From positions 102,858,001 through 102,922,000 of the forward strand of contig OZ024742.1 of the NCBI GenBank assembly GCA_964016885.1: DNA of 64,000 nucleotides. Reading direction: 5' to 3'. Made by a program: the position numbers and the translations under genes. Shown here in pieces: positions 53,531 to 64,000 of this stretch (position 1 is the first letter of the stretch; the number at the start of each line of letters is the position of its first letter). This DNA comes from Eledone cirrhosa (taxonomy: Eukaryota). The notes below the pieces were generated by a model, which was not told where the DNA came from, did no database searches, and saw only the letters and a list, made by a program, of their open reading frames with translations.

Positions 53531-54008
53531 TTGTTATTTAATTATGCCTTACTGTAAGTGAAGATGTGTGGTTTAGTGGTTAAGATGTTGGGCTTACAAT
53601 CACAAGGTAGTGACTTCCCAGCCAGGGTGGCATGTTGCTTCCTTGAGCAAGATACTTTATTTCACATTGCTTTAGTCTTGAAAAAATGAGTTGTACCTGT
53701 AATTCAAAAGGTCAGTCTTGTCACACATGCTGTCATGCTGAATCTCCCTGACAACTATGTTAACAGAGCACATGTCTGTGGAATGCTTAACCACTTACAT
53801 GTTAATTTCATGAGCAGGCTGTTTCTGTTGTTCAAACAACTGGAAGATTTGTTGCTGGAACTGGTGGAGGTCCAACACTAAGTGATGTATGATGTATGTT
53901 TTAGGGAAGACACTTTATTTTATTTAACTCTAAATATATGTCTAACCTAGAGATAATTAGAATATTTATTACAGCATATTTGATTGTTTATGTTTTTGAT
54001 ATTTTCAG

Positions 54009-54044
54009 GAAAGATCAAGTGGTTATAAATAACACAACACTATG
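54009..54044 (+). CDS. MSH5: MSH5 36-bp exon (KDQVVINNTTL)
   Basis: ttttcAG| ... |GTaggt; 36 bp, phase 2->2; fills the gap expected from the homologue. Confidence 0.85.
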
Positions 54045-54819
54045 GTAGGTAACCTATTATATCTTAACCTTTTTGTTGCTTTATTTTTAATAAAATACAC
54101 TATATTATTTCCAAATAATTTAGAAAATGATCAACAATTTAGAACAGGGTTTAATAATATAACTATCTTTTTCATTATGAAGCTGGTGTTTGAAGGCATT
54201 GGTTTGTGTGTTACAAAATGCTTTGCAGTGTATAGTTTTGATTTTCTACATTCTGAGTTCAAATCCTGCCACAGTCAACTTTATCTTTCATCCTTCCAGG
54301 GTTGATAAAATAAAATACCAGTTAAGTGCTGGGGTTGATATAATTAACTTTCCTCTTCTTCCAAATTGCTGGCCTTGTGTCTAAGTTAAAATGAATTATT
54401 AAGTTAGTGTTTGAAACATATTAAGGTTCATACATAAAATTATAATGGAAAGTTTAAATTTAATGCAGGCACTTTAAAATAAACAGCTTAGTATAATAGA
54501 ACCAGGGGTGATTTCAGGTAGTTTGGTATCAAAAGAGTTAACATTGAAAATATACATCAAGTTAATTATACATGATGTATAATTAACTTTTAATGTTCTG
54601 TACCACATAAAAATGTATTTGTAAGACATTCTTGAAGAGTACAAAATAGCATTTGATTGTATCACATTAAAAATTAAAGTATTTACTTTAGTTTGCTGCA
54701 AATTTTTACACCAATCTGTCTACTAGGAGAGATACTATAAACATTTGAATTAACAAATGTATTTTTAATATTTTCTGTTAAATCATTACAGAGTATTAAG
54801 AGTTAACAAAGTCATTGTT

Positions 54820-55142
54820 AATTTCCAGGGTTGAGTTCTAGTGCATAGCTCGGAGATCAGAGAGTCACTCCAGGTAGAGCTGCTACTTCTCCGAATTGAG
54901 AGATCACAGCTCTGATACTATGGGCATGTGGTTAGAATGTCTCAGGAAAGAATCACTGGACAGATTTTATGGGCAAACCCCGAGCAAGATAGTTGGATAA
55001 CATCCAGTAGCTTGGCTGGTCACACTTGGGGATCCAGCTGGATCAGTTGTAGACAGTTGCTTCTGACAGGACCCGCTGAAAGAAGTGTTTGAGGACTCTA
55101 CCCCCACAACCCTCCCAGTATTAAGTGGGAGAAGAAGAAGAA
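54820..55142 (+). mobile_element. RTE (Expander-like) 3' fragment
   Basis: LLLRIERSQL*YYGHVVRM; (GAA)n tail. Confidence 0.8.
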
Positions 55143-55876
55143 CGTTCAAGTTGTATGGATTTATATGTGTATTGGGGTTCATTCTTGGCTATACAATAAA
55201 TCAAAATGGAATATAATGGTATTGAGGGAAGGAACCTCTCCGTAGATATATTGCTGATCAGATATAGGGGTGATGGTGTTAAGATAAATTGGAGTATAAC
55301 AGATATATGTACATAATTCAAGAGAAGTGGGTTTGCATTAGACAAATGCCTGGTGGTAATTATTCCAACTCTTTATGTTCTGAGTTCAAATTCTGCTGGG
55401 TCAATTTTGTCTTTTATCCTTCTGAAGTCAATACATTAAGTATCAGTCAGTTACTAAGATCAATTCTGTGTGTGTGTGATATACCATGCCACACCATGGA
55501 CATTTAACACTTGGTGGAATCATAGAGATGTTACCATTACATATAGAATGTCTTGAAAATAGCTGATTTCTTCCAGAGAGAGAGGAAGTGAGAGATACAG
55601 AGGAAGAATCAACCCTAGTATTGAACTGATACTTTATTTATCAACCTCGAAAGGATGAAAGACAGAGTTGACCATGGCAGTATTTGAACTCAGAATGCAG
55701 AGAGCCAAAATAAATACCACAAAGCATTTTATCCAACACTCTAATGACACTGCCAATTTTCCACCTGTATATGTCATATACCAGCAATATAATAGCTAAA
55801 AATCAATTGACTATATCCAAACAGCCATGCCGAATCAATCAAAAAGCCACCTACATCCATACTCTCTATATTTCAG

Positions 55877-55962
55877 TGCTTTACAAATCTTCCAGAAGGA
55901 GAGTCACCCATCTGTTTATAAATCTGGGTCAAGCTGTAGTAAAGAGGGATTTAGCTTATTTG
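55877..55962 (+). CDS. MSH5: MSH5 exon (CALQIFQKESHPSVYKSGSSCSKEGFSLFG)
   Basis: tttcAG| ... |GTaaat; 86 bp, phase 2->1; LQIF..ESHPSVYK...KEG.SLFG, characteristic of MSH5. Confidence 0.97.
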
Positions 55963-57429
55963 GTAAATGATGTTCTTGTTGGTTTTGTTACTGTTGTTGC
56001 TGTTGGTTTTGTTGTTGGTTTTGTTAGTACACAATCATTGTTGTTATTGTTGTTGTTATCACACACAGTTATTGAAGGTTCTTGTTGTTGTTAATGTTAT
56101 TGCTGTACATGGATTAATGTTGTTGTATAGCATTGTTGTTGTTAAGGGCAGTGGATTGGCAGAATTGTTAAAGCATCAGACAAAATACTTTGCAGCATAG
56201 AGTTACTGCTGTTTATGTTCTGGTTCAAGTCCCATTGAAGTCAACTACACCTTTCATCCTCCCTTCCAAAGTCAATAAAATATAGTACCAGTAAATTATT
56301 TGGGTCGATCTAATTGACTTTCCTTTCACAACAAATTGCTGGCCTTGGGCCTGAATTAGAAATCATTATGATGCTGATGTTGTTGTTGTTGTTGTATAGC
56401 TTATGATCATCATTTAATGCTTGGTAGCTTGTGGGAATGTATGTAAATGAGATGTGGGTCTCTGCCTGCCTGAGCACTCAGTTTAGTGCAGGAATGTACG
56501 TGAGATGTTGATCCTACCCCTGTCTAAGATGTTAGTAGCTCTGGTGAAGACTTTGTGATAACATGTTCAACTCTTGCAAACAGAGAGAACAGATGTTAAA
56601 TGATGATGCTAATGAAGAGGAGGAGGAGGATCTCAGAGTCAATGGCCATCCACCCCAACTATGTGTTAAATAGCCTTGTCAACCTGTAATTGGCCAAGCA
56701 TGGTGAGTATGGCTACACTCCTGACATGACGAAAACCAAACAGAAAGCAGTAGAGGTCAACCAGGGAGGAGGTTCCTCCAACAGGAGTGGGAAGTCCTTG
56801 GATTCGATGGGATTGGTAATAATCAATAAATTTTGCAAGTTTTACTTATACAGCTGTTTATTTTAAAATATCTATCATCATTATCATCACCACAGTTTAA
56901 CATCTATTTCCCTTTTTTAACATATATTAACAACCGAGTTAGACATCTTGTCATATATTAGTTTAGACTGCCTAGGTGACCACATCTTGCTTGCACGTCC
57001 TGCTTTTAGCTTGGTTTCTATGGCTGGATACTCTTCCTAATGCCAACCACATTACTGTGTATTCTGGGAGCATTTTATCATGACTCTGACACCAACCCTG
57101 AGTACTTTTTGTCATGGCACCAGCACTACCACCTTGTAATTTTGCTTTCCTAAATGATTCAAAATATTTGGTGGACTGGCAGCATCAGTGGAGCATCAGA
57201 CAACATGCTTTATGGAATAGAGTTATGGCTTTTTACGATCTGAATTCAAATCCTACCGAGCTTATCTTTGCCTTTCATCCTTATGGGGTTGATAAAATCA
57301 AGTACCAATAATGCACTGAAGTCAACTTAATTGACTTTCCTCTTCCCAAAAATTGTTGGTCTTGTGCCTAAATCAGAAACCAATATTATTTTGATAATGT
57401 TTTTATATATTTTTTTTAACACTTTTTAG

Positions 57430-57475
57430 GAATTATCAACAGATGTAAATCTCAACTTGGTAGCAAATTACTAAG
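57430..57475 (+). CDS. MSH5: MSH5 exon (IINRCKSQLGSKLLR)
   Basis: tttttAG| ... |GTaagc; 46 bp, phase 1->2; MutS domain III N(R)C....G.KLLR motif. Confidence 0.95.
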
Positions 57476-57508
57476 GTAAGCTCTTACTATGTCTATATTC
57501 CACAATAT

Positions 57509-58452
57509 GATTATTTGGTCCTTATAGCCAAATCCATAAAAGAACTAGAAAATAAGTTCTGACTATGGAAACAGAATTTTGAATCAAAGGGTCTGAGAGT
57601 AAACTTAGCCAAAACTAAAGTGCTTGTGTGTAGGAAAAGAAATAAGACTCTGTTTCCCCTCAGGGAAGTGGCTGTGCTCCAGATGTAGAAAAGGGGTAGA
57701 CATAATTTCCGTACGGTGTACACAATGTAAATCTTGGGTATATGAGAGATGTAGTGGGATAACAGGTAGACTAACAAGAAAGGAAGACTTTGTATGTAGA
57801 AGATGCACAGGAGTAATCAAAGGGAAGAGCAGCAGTGATATAAATCTCTTCAAGTCACAGGAAGGGTCCATAGAAGTGGTTGATAGCTTCTGTTATCTAT
57901 GTGACTTTATCAGAAGTGGAGGAGGGTGCTCTGAGAGTATAATAGCTAGAATAAGAATAGGATGGAAAAAAGTTTAGAGAGCTACTCCCACTGTTGACTA
58001 CAAAAGGTTTCTCCCTCCATACAAAAGGATGAATGTATGATGCCTGTGTGAAACATGGGCAGTGACTACAGAAGACAAGCATAGACTGGAGAAAAATGAA
58101 GCAGCCATGTTTCATTTGATGTGCAATGTAAATGTGAGAGAAAGGTAGAGCTTGGATGAACTGAGGGAGAAGCTGGGTTTAAAAAGAATCCAAGGTGGTG
58201 TGCAGGAGAGAAGACTGTATTGGTACAGACATGTGATGTGCATGGATTATCGATGGGTGAAGAAGTACCAGGAAATGCCAGTGGATGGAAGCCACAGTAG
58301 AAGTAGACTGAAAAAGATCTGTCCAGAGGTGGTAAGAGCTGACTTCAAATCACTGATACTCACAGAGGAAATGACGAAAAATGCTGCGCTGAAAAGGACC
58401 CATCCAATCCATGTAAGCATGGAAAAGTGGATGTAAAAATGATGATGATGAA
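57509..58452 (+). mobile_element. Older RTE LINE fragment: RT C-terminus + PHD-like Cys cluster + tail
   Basis: WKQNFESKGLRVNLAKTKV; CSRC...CTQCKSWVYERCSG...CRRC; stops and frameshifts; (GAT)n. Confidence 0.88.
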
Positions 58453-58591
58453 GATGTGTGTATGGACCTGTAACTCCCGATGTAGTCGTAGGGGTACCGT
58501 AGTGACATACAGTGTTTCTTGAGCATTTTTAAACCTGCCAAAGCCCATCTCCCTTACATGTCTGAACACAGCAGATTTCTTCTAGAGAAAT

Positions 58592-58763
58592 AATTGTTTC
58601 TACTTTAGGCACAAGGCCAGTGCATTACTTTATTTTATCGACCCCGTAAGGATGAAAGGCAAAGTCAACCTTGGCGGGATTTGAACTCAAATCGTAAAGG
58701 GACGTAACTATGCTGGAAAGCATGGCGTCCGACCCTCTACCGATACTGCCAATCCACCGCCCT
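58592..58763 (-). mobile_element. Young SINE-B
   Basis: near-identical to 25594-25783; flanked by an apparent TSD ctagagaaataat. Confidence 0.9.
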
Positions 58764-59345
58764 CTAGAGAAATAATGAGAGTGAGAGAAAGGAAATGAGG
58801 TAGTTGGTGTTAGGAAGGGCATCCAACCATAGAAACCACACCAAATATAGGACATAATGAGCAAGATGAATTCGCTCAACATGTTTGGTTATGGACTGTG
58901 GCAACCTGTTTAATCTATGCCAATGAGGATAGGGGGTGTAAAATGATGATGATGTTGACATACTCCCCAGAGTAGGGAAAAATCCCATCATATATGAGTA
59001 AAATACTCTTTTCTGAAGACACTAGAACTTATATTCGTGGATATATATAATTTGGGAAAAGTGAAGATGTGGATACTATTTATCACACTAGAAATAACAG
59101 GACAAATTTCTCTCAGATCATATCCTACCATCTTACACATGGAAGGATACATTGTATAATGTACTCTTAGATACACTATGGATGAAAATATATGGTATCA
59201 TTATGGCTGAAATGCTCTTTATCTGGTTGATTGATCTTGACTTGGGGCTAATGATCAGCAACAACAAAATGCTTATTGATGAAGTTGTTTTATTCACAAC
59301 CATTGGTTCTTAATCTGTAATTTGCTTTTTTCTACTTTTTTCAAG

Positions 59346-59484
59346 GCGCTGGTTCCTAAGTCCTACAAAAAACGTGAACATTCTTCAACAACGCCACAGT
59401 GCAGTTGCTTATTTTATCAACAAGTGTCAAACTGACATTGTCCGAAATCTTGAAGGATGTTTGCTGCACATTCGAAGTATCTCT
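59346..59484 (+). CDS. MSH5: MSH5 exon (RWFLSPTKNVNILQQRHSAVAYFINKCQTDIVRNLEGCLLHIRSIS)
   Basis: long T tract + caAG| ... |GTaggt; 139 bp, phase 2->0; WF..P......L..R...V..F MutS core. Confidence 0.93.
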
Positions 59485-59884
59485 GTAGGTTGAGACTCTA
59501 CTCTTGCCTTTAATCTATTTAATTTTACAAACCTGCCTTATATATTTATTCCAATTAATGTTTACATTACGTTTTTCATTTTTTTTTTTCAGACAGCTAC
59601 CAAATAAAGTCTACCTTTATTTGTTTTTGTTCATTAACTATTTTGTTACCATATTCCACATGAAAGTCACTGCCTATATTTTTCAAATAATTTAAAAAAC
59701 AATCTAGTATTTGAGAGGATTTTTTAATATGACTAACTTTCTCAAACTACCATATATCTAATGTAAGACAGTGTCTTCTATAATTTTCAAATAGCTTTGA
59801 AGATAATAAAGAATGTGAAAAGATTTAATAATATAACTAAAGTTCAAGTATCTTGGGGCTGTATTCATAAAGGGTGGAAGGCAG

Positions 59885-60447
59885 GAGGCTGAATTAAGTG
59901 CAAGAATTGCAGGAGCTGGTGCAGTAATGTGGCAGCTTCAGCATTCAGTAATCAGAAGAAGTAAAAACCAAACTTGCTATCTTCAGTTCAGTTTTTGTGC
60001 CAGCCCTTACCTATGGTAATGAATCTTGGGTAATGACTGGAAGAATACAATTGCAAATACAAGCAGTTGAAATGGGGTTCCTCTGAAGGGTCTTTGGAGT
60101 AACATTACTTGATAGAGTGCTTAGCTCAGAGATCAGGAAGTTGCTCCAGGTAGAGCTGCTACTTCTCTGAATTGAGAGATCACAGCTCCGATACTAAGGA
60201 CATGTGGTTAGAATGTCTCAGGAAAAGGATTGCTGGACACATTTTATGGGCAAAACCAACTGGCAGGACACCCAGGGGTAGACCCTGAGCAACAGAGTTG
60301 GATAAAATCCATGAGCTTGGCTGGTCTTGCTTGGAGATCCAGCCGGATCAGTTGGAGATGGTTACTTCTGACAGGACCTGCTGGAAGGAGTGTTTGAGGA
60401 CTCTGCCCCAACGACCTTCTCAGGAATATGTGGAAGAAGACGATGGA
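59885..60447 (+). mobile_element. RTE (Expander-like) 3' fragment
   Basis: KTKLAIFSSVFVPALTYGNESWVMT...EMGFL; gaagaagac tail; sits inside a P2 MITE. Confidence 0.85.
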
Positions 60448-60979
60448 AGGGGAGACATTATTAAGCTGTTGTTTAACGCATAAATTAACAAGTAAGGTTT
60501 AAATAAATATAAACACTTTAATATCAACAGCTCATTATCGTAGAAGCAGGGTCAATTTCAGATATTTTGATATTAAAAAGGTTAATTAACTTAGATTGTT
60601 TTTTAAATAAGACATTTTTGTCTTTATATAGAGTGAAGTTATTGGTCTACTTATCCAAAACAAAACTTGATATATTTTACAGTTGTTTGTCATCTTGAAC
60701 TTTCAAATTCAGTCTGTGTTCAGCTCTCTAAAATATGACTACCCTTGTTTATTTATTCTGATATTTTTTATTAAGAAGAAAAAATAACATTAAAATTGGA
60801 ATGATGGTTATGTTAGGGATAAGAAAAGAAATTGTGGTTGTTTTTATTGTCAACAATTGTTTTAGGCTAGGGTCAACCTTGATAAAGGAGATCTATGATC
60901 TAAGGCATTCTAGCCATGACCTTGCCATATTTTTGTATATCATGTACTACCAATGAATCCTTTATTTGAGACTGTAGGG

Positions 60980-61175
60980 CAGCATTTCTCAACTGGTGTT
61001 CCTTGGAACCTAGGGTTCTGTAAGAGGTTGCTAAGGGATCTGTGAGAAACAGTGATAAATAAGCTGATGCATTTAGATATTAATAATGGTATACAATAAT
61101 TTTTATGCAGGGGCTCCCTGAGACATGAAAATTATTTCAAGGGTTCGACAAGGGCAAAAAGATTGAGAAATGGTG
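60980..61175. mobile_element. hAT (Charlie-like) MITE
   Basis: cagcatttctcaa / ttgagaaatggtg termini; 8-bp TSD ctgtaggg / cagtaggg. Confidence 0.75.
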
Positions 61176-61371
61176 CAGTAGGGTGTGATATGATGATGAT
61201 CATCATCATCCTCATTTTTACGTCCACTTTTCCATGCTGACTTGGATTGGAAAGGATGTTTATAGCCGGATGTTCTTTTAGTTAGCCCTTACAAAACACT
61301 GGGTTATAGTGTATATATTCTGAAAACAGGGATACACGCAACAAATACTATAGTATTATTTAATACATACA

Positions 61372-61566
61372 AGGGCGGTGGATTGGCAGTATTGGTAGAG
61401 GGTCAGACACCATGCTTTGCAACATAGAGTTACGGCCCTTTACGGTCTGCGTTCAAATCCTTCTGAGGTTAACTTTGCCTTTCATCCTTATGGGGCCAAT
61501 AAAATAAAGCACCAGTAATGCACTGGGGTAATTGCTGGCCTTGTGCCAAAAGTAGAAACACTTATT
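61372..61566 (+). mobile_element. Full-length SINE-B
   Basis: A/B boxes, core; apparent TSD tttaatacatac. Confidence 0.9.
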
Positions 61567-61679
61567 TAATACATACTTTCTTTAACATTGTAAACTATAA
61601 AAGAATATATCTAAATCAATACAAACTAAGATAAAGAAATTGTTTGATGCAAATTGTTTTTCAATTTGAACCTGAACAG

Positions 61680-61742
61680 CGTATATTAAGCCGTATGAAG
61701 CAAGCCCAGGTGTCAATTGGAGACTGGCAAACATTGTATAAG
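61680..61742 (+). CDS. MSH5: MSH5 exon (RILSRMKQAQVSIGDWQTLYK)
   Basis: aacAG| ... |GTaaaa; 63 bp, phase 0->0; IL.RM......DWQ.LYK. Confidence 0.95.
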
Positions 61743-62149
61743 GTAAAAACTATTTCTTTTGTACATGTAAATACCTTTATCATTAAATATATGTATATGT
61801 AATATAATATACACACACATACACACATGCATGCACACACACACACAGGTACATACCACAATGTATGTGCGTGTGTATGTGTATATATATTGGAAATATG
61901 TGCATCACAATACAAATGACCATAATAACTAACAACCCTTAAAAATTTACCAAAATGTCTAAGACAATGCAAGTATGATAGGCTCAGCAATAATGGGATC
62001 TCTCAAGTGATGGAGATTCAAATGACTGATTCTGATTATGGAATCTTGTTGTTTAGCCTCATGTCAACCCTGATCAAGTAAATTTATGATAAAAAATCTT
62101 CTAGTTATCACCATTCATCTTTTTGTATATCTATGACTATCTTGTTTAA

Positions 62150-62352
62150 CCCTTTAGCATTTACATTACTCTATATTTACTATTATATTTTCATGGTAAA
62201 GGCTTTATCTTACATAATTATCTCACATAATATGGAATTTATGAGATTTTGATAATACCTTAATATCAGTATGAATGGCCAGTTACAGCTGGTTTGAACA
62301 GAAAGAGGTGAGAGAATTCTGGCTGGATATGGCCGGTTTAAATGCTAAAGCG
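62150..62352. mobile_element. piggyBac-like MITE P1
   Basis: TTAA flanks, same TIRs. Confidence 0.85.
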
Positions 62353-62677
62353 TTAATGTGTCCCTCCTTTTTTTAAAGGCCGGAGTGTGTGACTTGAGGG
62401 ATATTTATCTGCTATCTTTAGCAGGTTAATATAGATTTGGTTGACACCAGGCATTCATATTCTCTGTGATAATTGTGTATTTAGTGTACCACAACTTTGT
62501 CATAATCCTACCATTGATACTTGGGCTTTAGTTCCTGAAGTAGAATGGTTTTACTATTTGTTTGTTTTTGGTACAGTTATAAAACATGGAGGTGCTATTA
62601 AATATATCAAGTGTTTGCATGTACATAGCAAAACTAATTATCATTAACTCTGATTATAATAAGTCCTCTCTTCACAG

Positions 62678-62749
62678 ACAGTTTACCATGCAATCTATCT
62701 GGCAGACATATGTAAATCACAAGACCAACAAATTTCTATATTTAAAAAG
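62678..62749 (+). CDS. MSH5: MSH5 exon (TVYHAIYLADICKSQDQQISIFKK); gene continues beyond window
   Basis: ttcacAG| ... |GTaaat; 72 bp, phase 0->0; matches recalled [22 protein letters not shown]. Confidence 0.9.
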
Positions 62750-63204
62750 GTAAATATTTTGTAACATTTCAACTATAATATATTGTATTCAGTATTTAAA
62801 TACTCTGATTACTGCTAACAATTTTGAACACACCCATTCAGAGGAAGATCAGTATAAGGCTTGGCTGAGATTAGTGCAATTGGGGTGTCTGGTAATTCTT
62901 TTATAATGTTTTTATGTCTTGTGAGAAATAGGTTTATTTGTTTGAACATTTTTCAGTTTTGTTATTGCTCTTGTTCGCAGCTATTTTAACTGTAGATATT
63001 GTGGTCAACCCTTTTGTTACCATGTTTCTAATGAAAGAGATTGCCTATAATTTTTTAAATAATCAAGAATTCGGAAGGTTTTAGTAAAATAAACCAAATA
63101 AACCTTGTTATGTTCCAGCTTTGAGAAGCTGGTCTTTGAAACATAACAAAAGTTCTTACATAAAATTATGATGGAAGGTCTTTAGATAGATATAAACACA
63201 TTAA

Positions 63205-63442
63205 CCCTTTTCTTACTATATTTCTAATGAAAGACGCTGCCTATGGTTTACAATTAATTTAGAAAATAATCAAGAATTTGGAAGGATTTAATAAAATAAC
63301 TAACTTTTACATTATTAAGCTGATGTTTGGAACATAACTTAACCAAGGCTTTTACATAAAATTATGATGAAAGTTTTTAGGTAGATATGAACAGTTCTGT
63401 ATAAAAACAGGAGCAATTTCAGGGAATTTGGTATCAAAAGGG
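63205..63442. mobile_element. piggyBac-like MITE family P2 (degraded relatives near 4735, 32604, 41697, 45280, 48060, 54068, 59640, 63009)
   Basis: TTAA|cccttttc/gttac...gtatcaaaaggg|TTAA; shared internal aataatcaagaatttggaaggattta. Confidence 0.8.
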
Positions 63443-64000
63443 TTAAGTAGTGTGTATCAGTTATGCATGTGTGTATTTCTGATTTAGGTACAAAGTCAGA
63501 ATATTTTAGGGAAAGGCAAAAATCCACACCAGTACTTGACTGGTAAGATCCTGGAATCTCACTTTGGTGAGACATGAACTTAAAATGTAAAGAACCAGAA
63601 CAAATGCCACAATGGCTTTTTATCTGACGCTCTACCAATTTTACCAATTCACTGCCCTATTAGCAAGTGTATATAAATGCAGATATGCAAATCAGCTGTA
63701 GATATGGAAATAAGCAGTCCTAGACCAAAACAGGGTGGTCCTTTAGCAAAGCCTAGTCCCCAGAAGTCACCCTTGCCAGGACTACAGCGAAGCCATAGGG
63801 AGCATCATGGTAGATGTGTCATTCAGCAGAGGAACTCTTAGAAGTCAATGGTGGCTGATAAACATGATGTTGAGCAGAAGAACTATAACAATAGTCAACA
63901 GTTGAGATCAAGTTCAGTTAGCAAACAACTGCCTGCATTTGTAGTGGTTGTGTATGCAACTTGCGTTACTCAGCTAATGAAAGGCAAAAAATAAAAAAAG

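Noticed and set aside
62793-62891. AG/GT-bounded 99-bp open frame as next MSH5 exon
   Set aside because: Would need a 43-bp intron and shows no similarity to the expected MSH5 continuation

Overview
AT-rich, microsatellite-dense eukaryotic DNA. The SINE/RTE/MITE repertoire resembles that of octopod cephalopods (inference, not verified). The whole window lies inside one + strand gene, the meiotic MutS homologue MSH5. Eleven GT-AG exons (12-135 to 62678-62749; 951 nt, 317 codons, phases consistent) splice into one open frame; the gene starts before and continues after the window. The ORF track barely shows this gene: almost every listed ORF is a micro/minisatellite or transposon artefact. The introns, especially two ~20 kb introns around the 122-bp exon, hold tRNA-derived SINEs (3 families), 5'-truncated RTE, CR1 and R4-like LINE ends, piggyBac-, mariner- and hAT-like MITEs, a Gypsy-like solo LTR and a deleted LTR element. 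Observations worth follow-up: (i) several unrelated degenerate hammerhead-ribozyme cores of the Penelope pLTR type, often with fold-back inversions; (ii) a young SINE whose 3' half is a chimera of two RTE subfamilies, both present in the window; (iii) a structured, pseudoknot-capable ~200-nt non-tRNA module repeatedly joined to a bipartite RTE element; (iv) several local inverted duplications; (v) three minisatellites, each born from a different transposon. Transposon boundaries are read by eye and approximate; family names are by recalled similarity, not database search.
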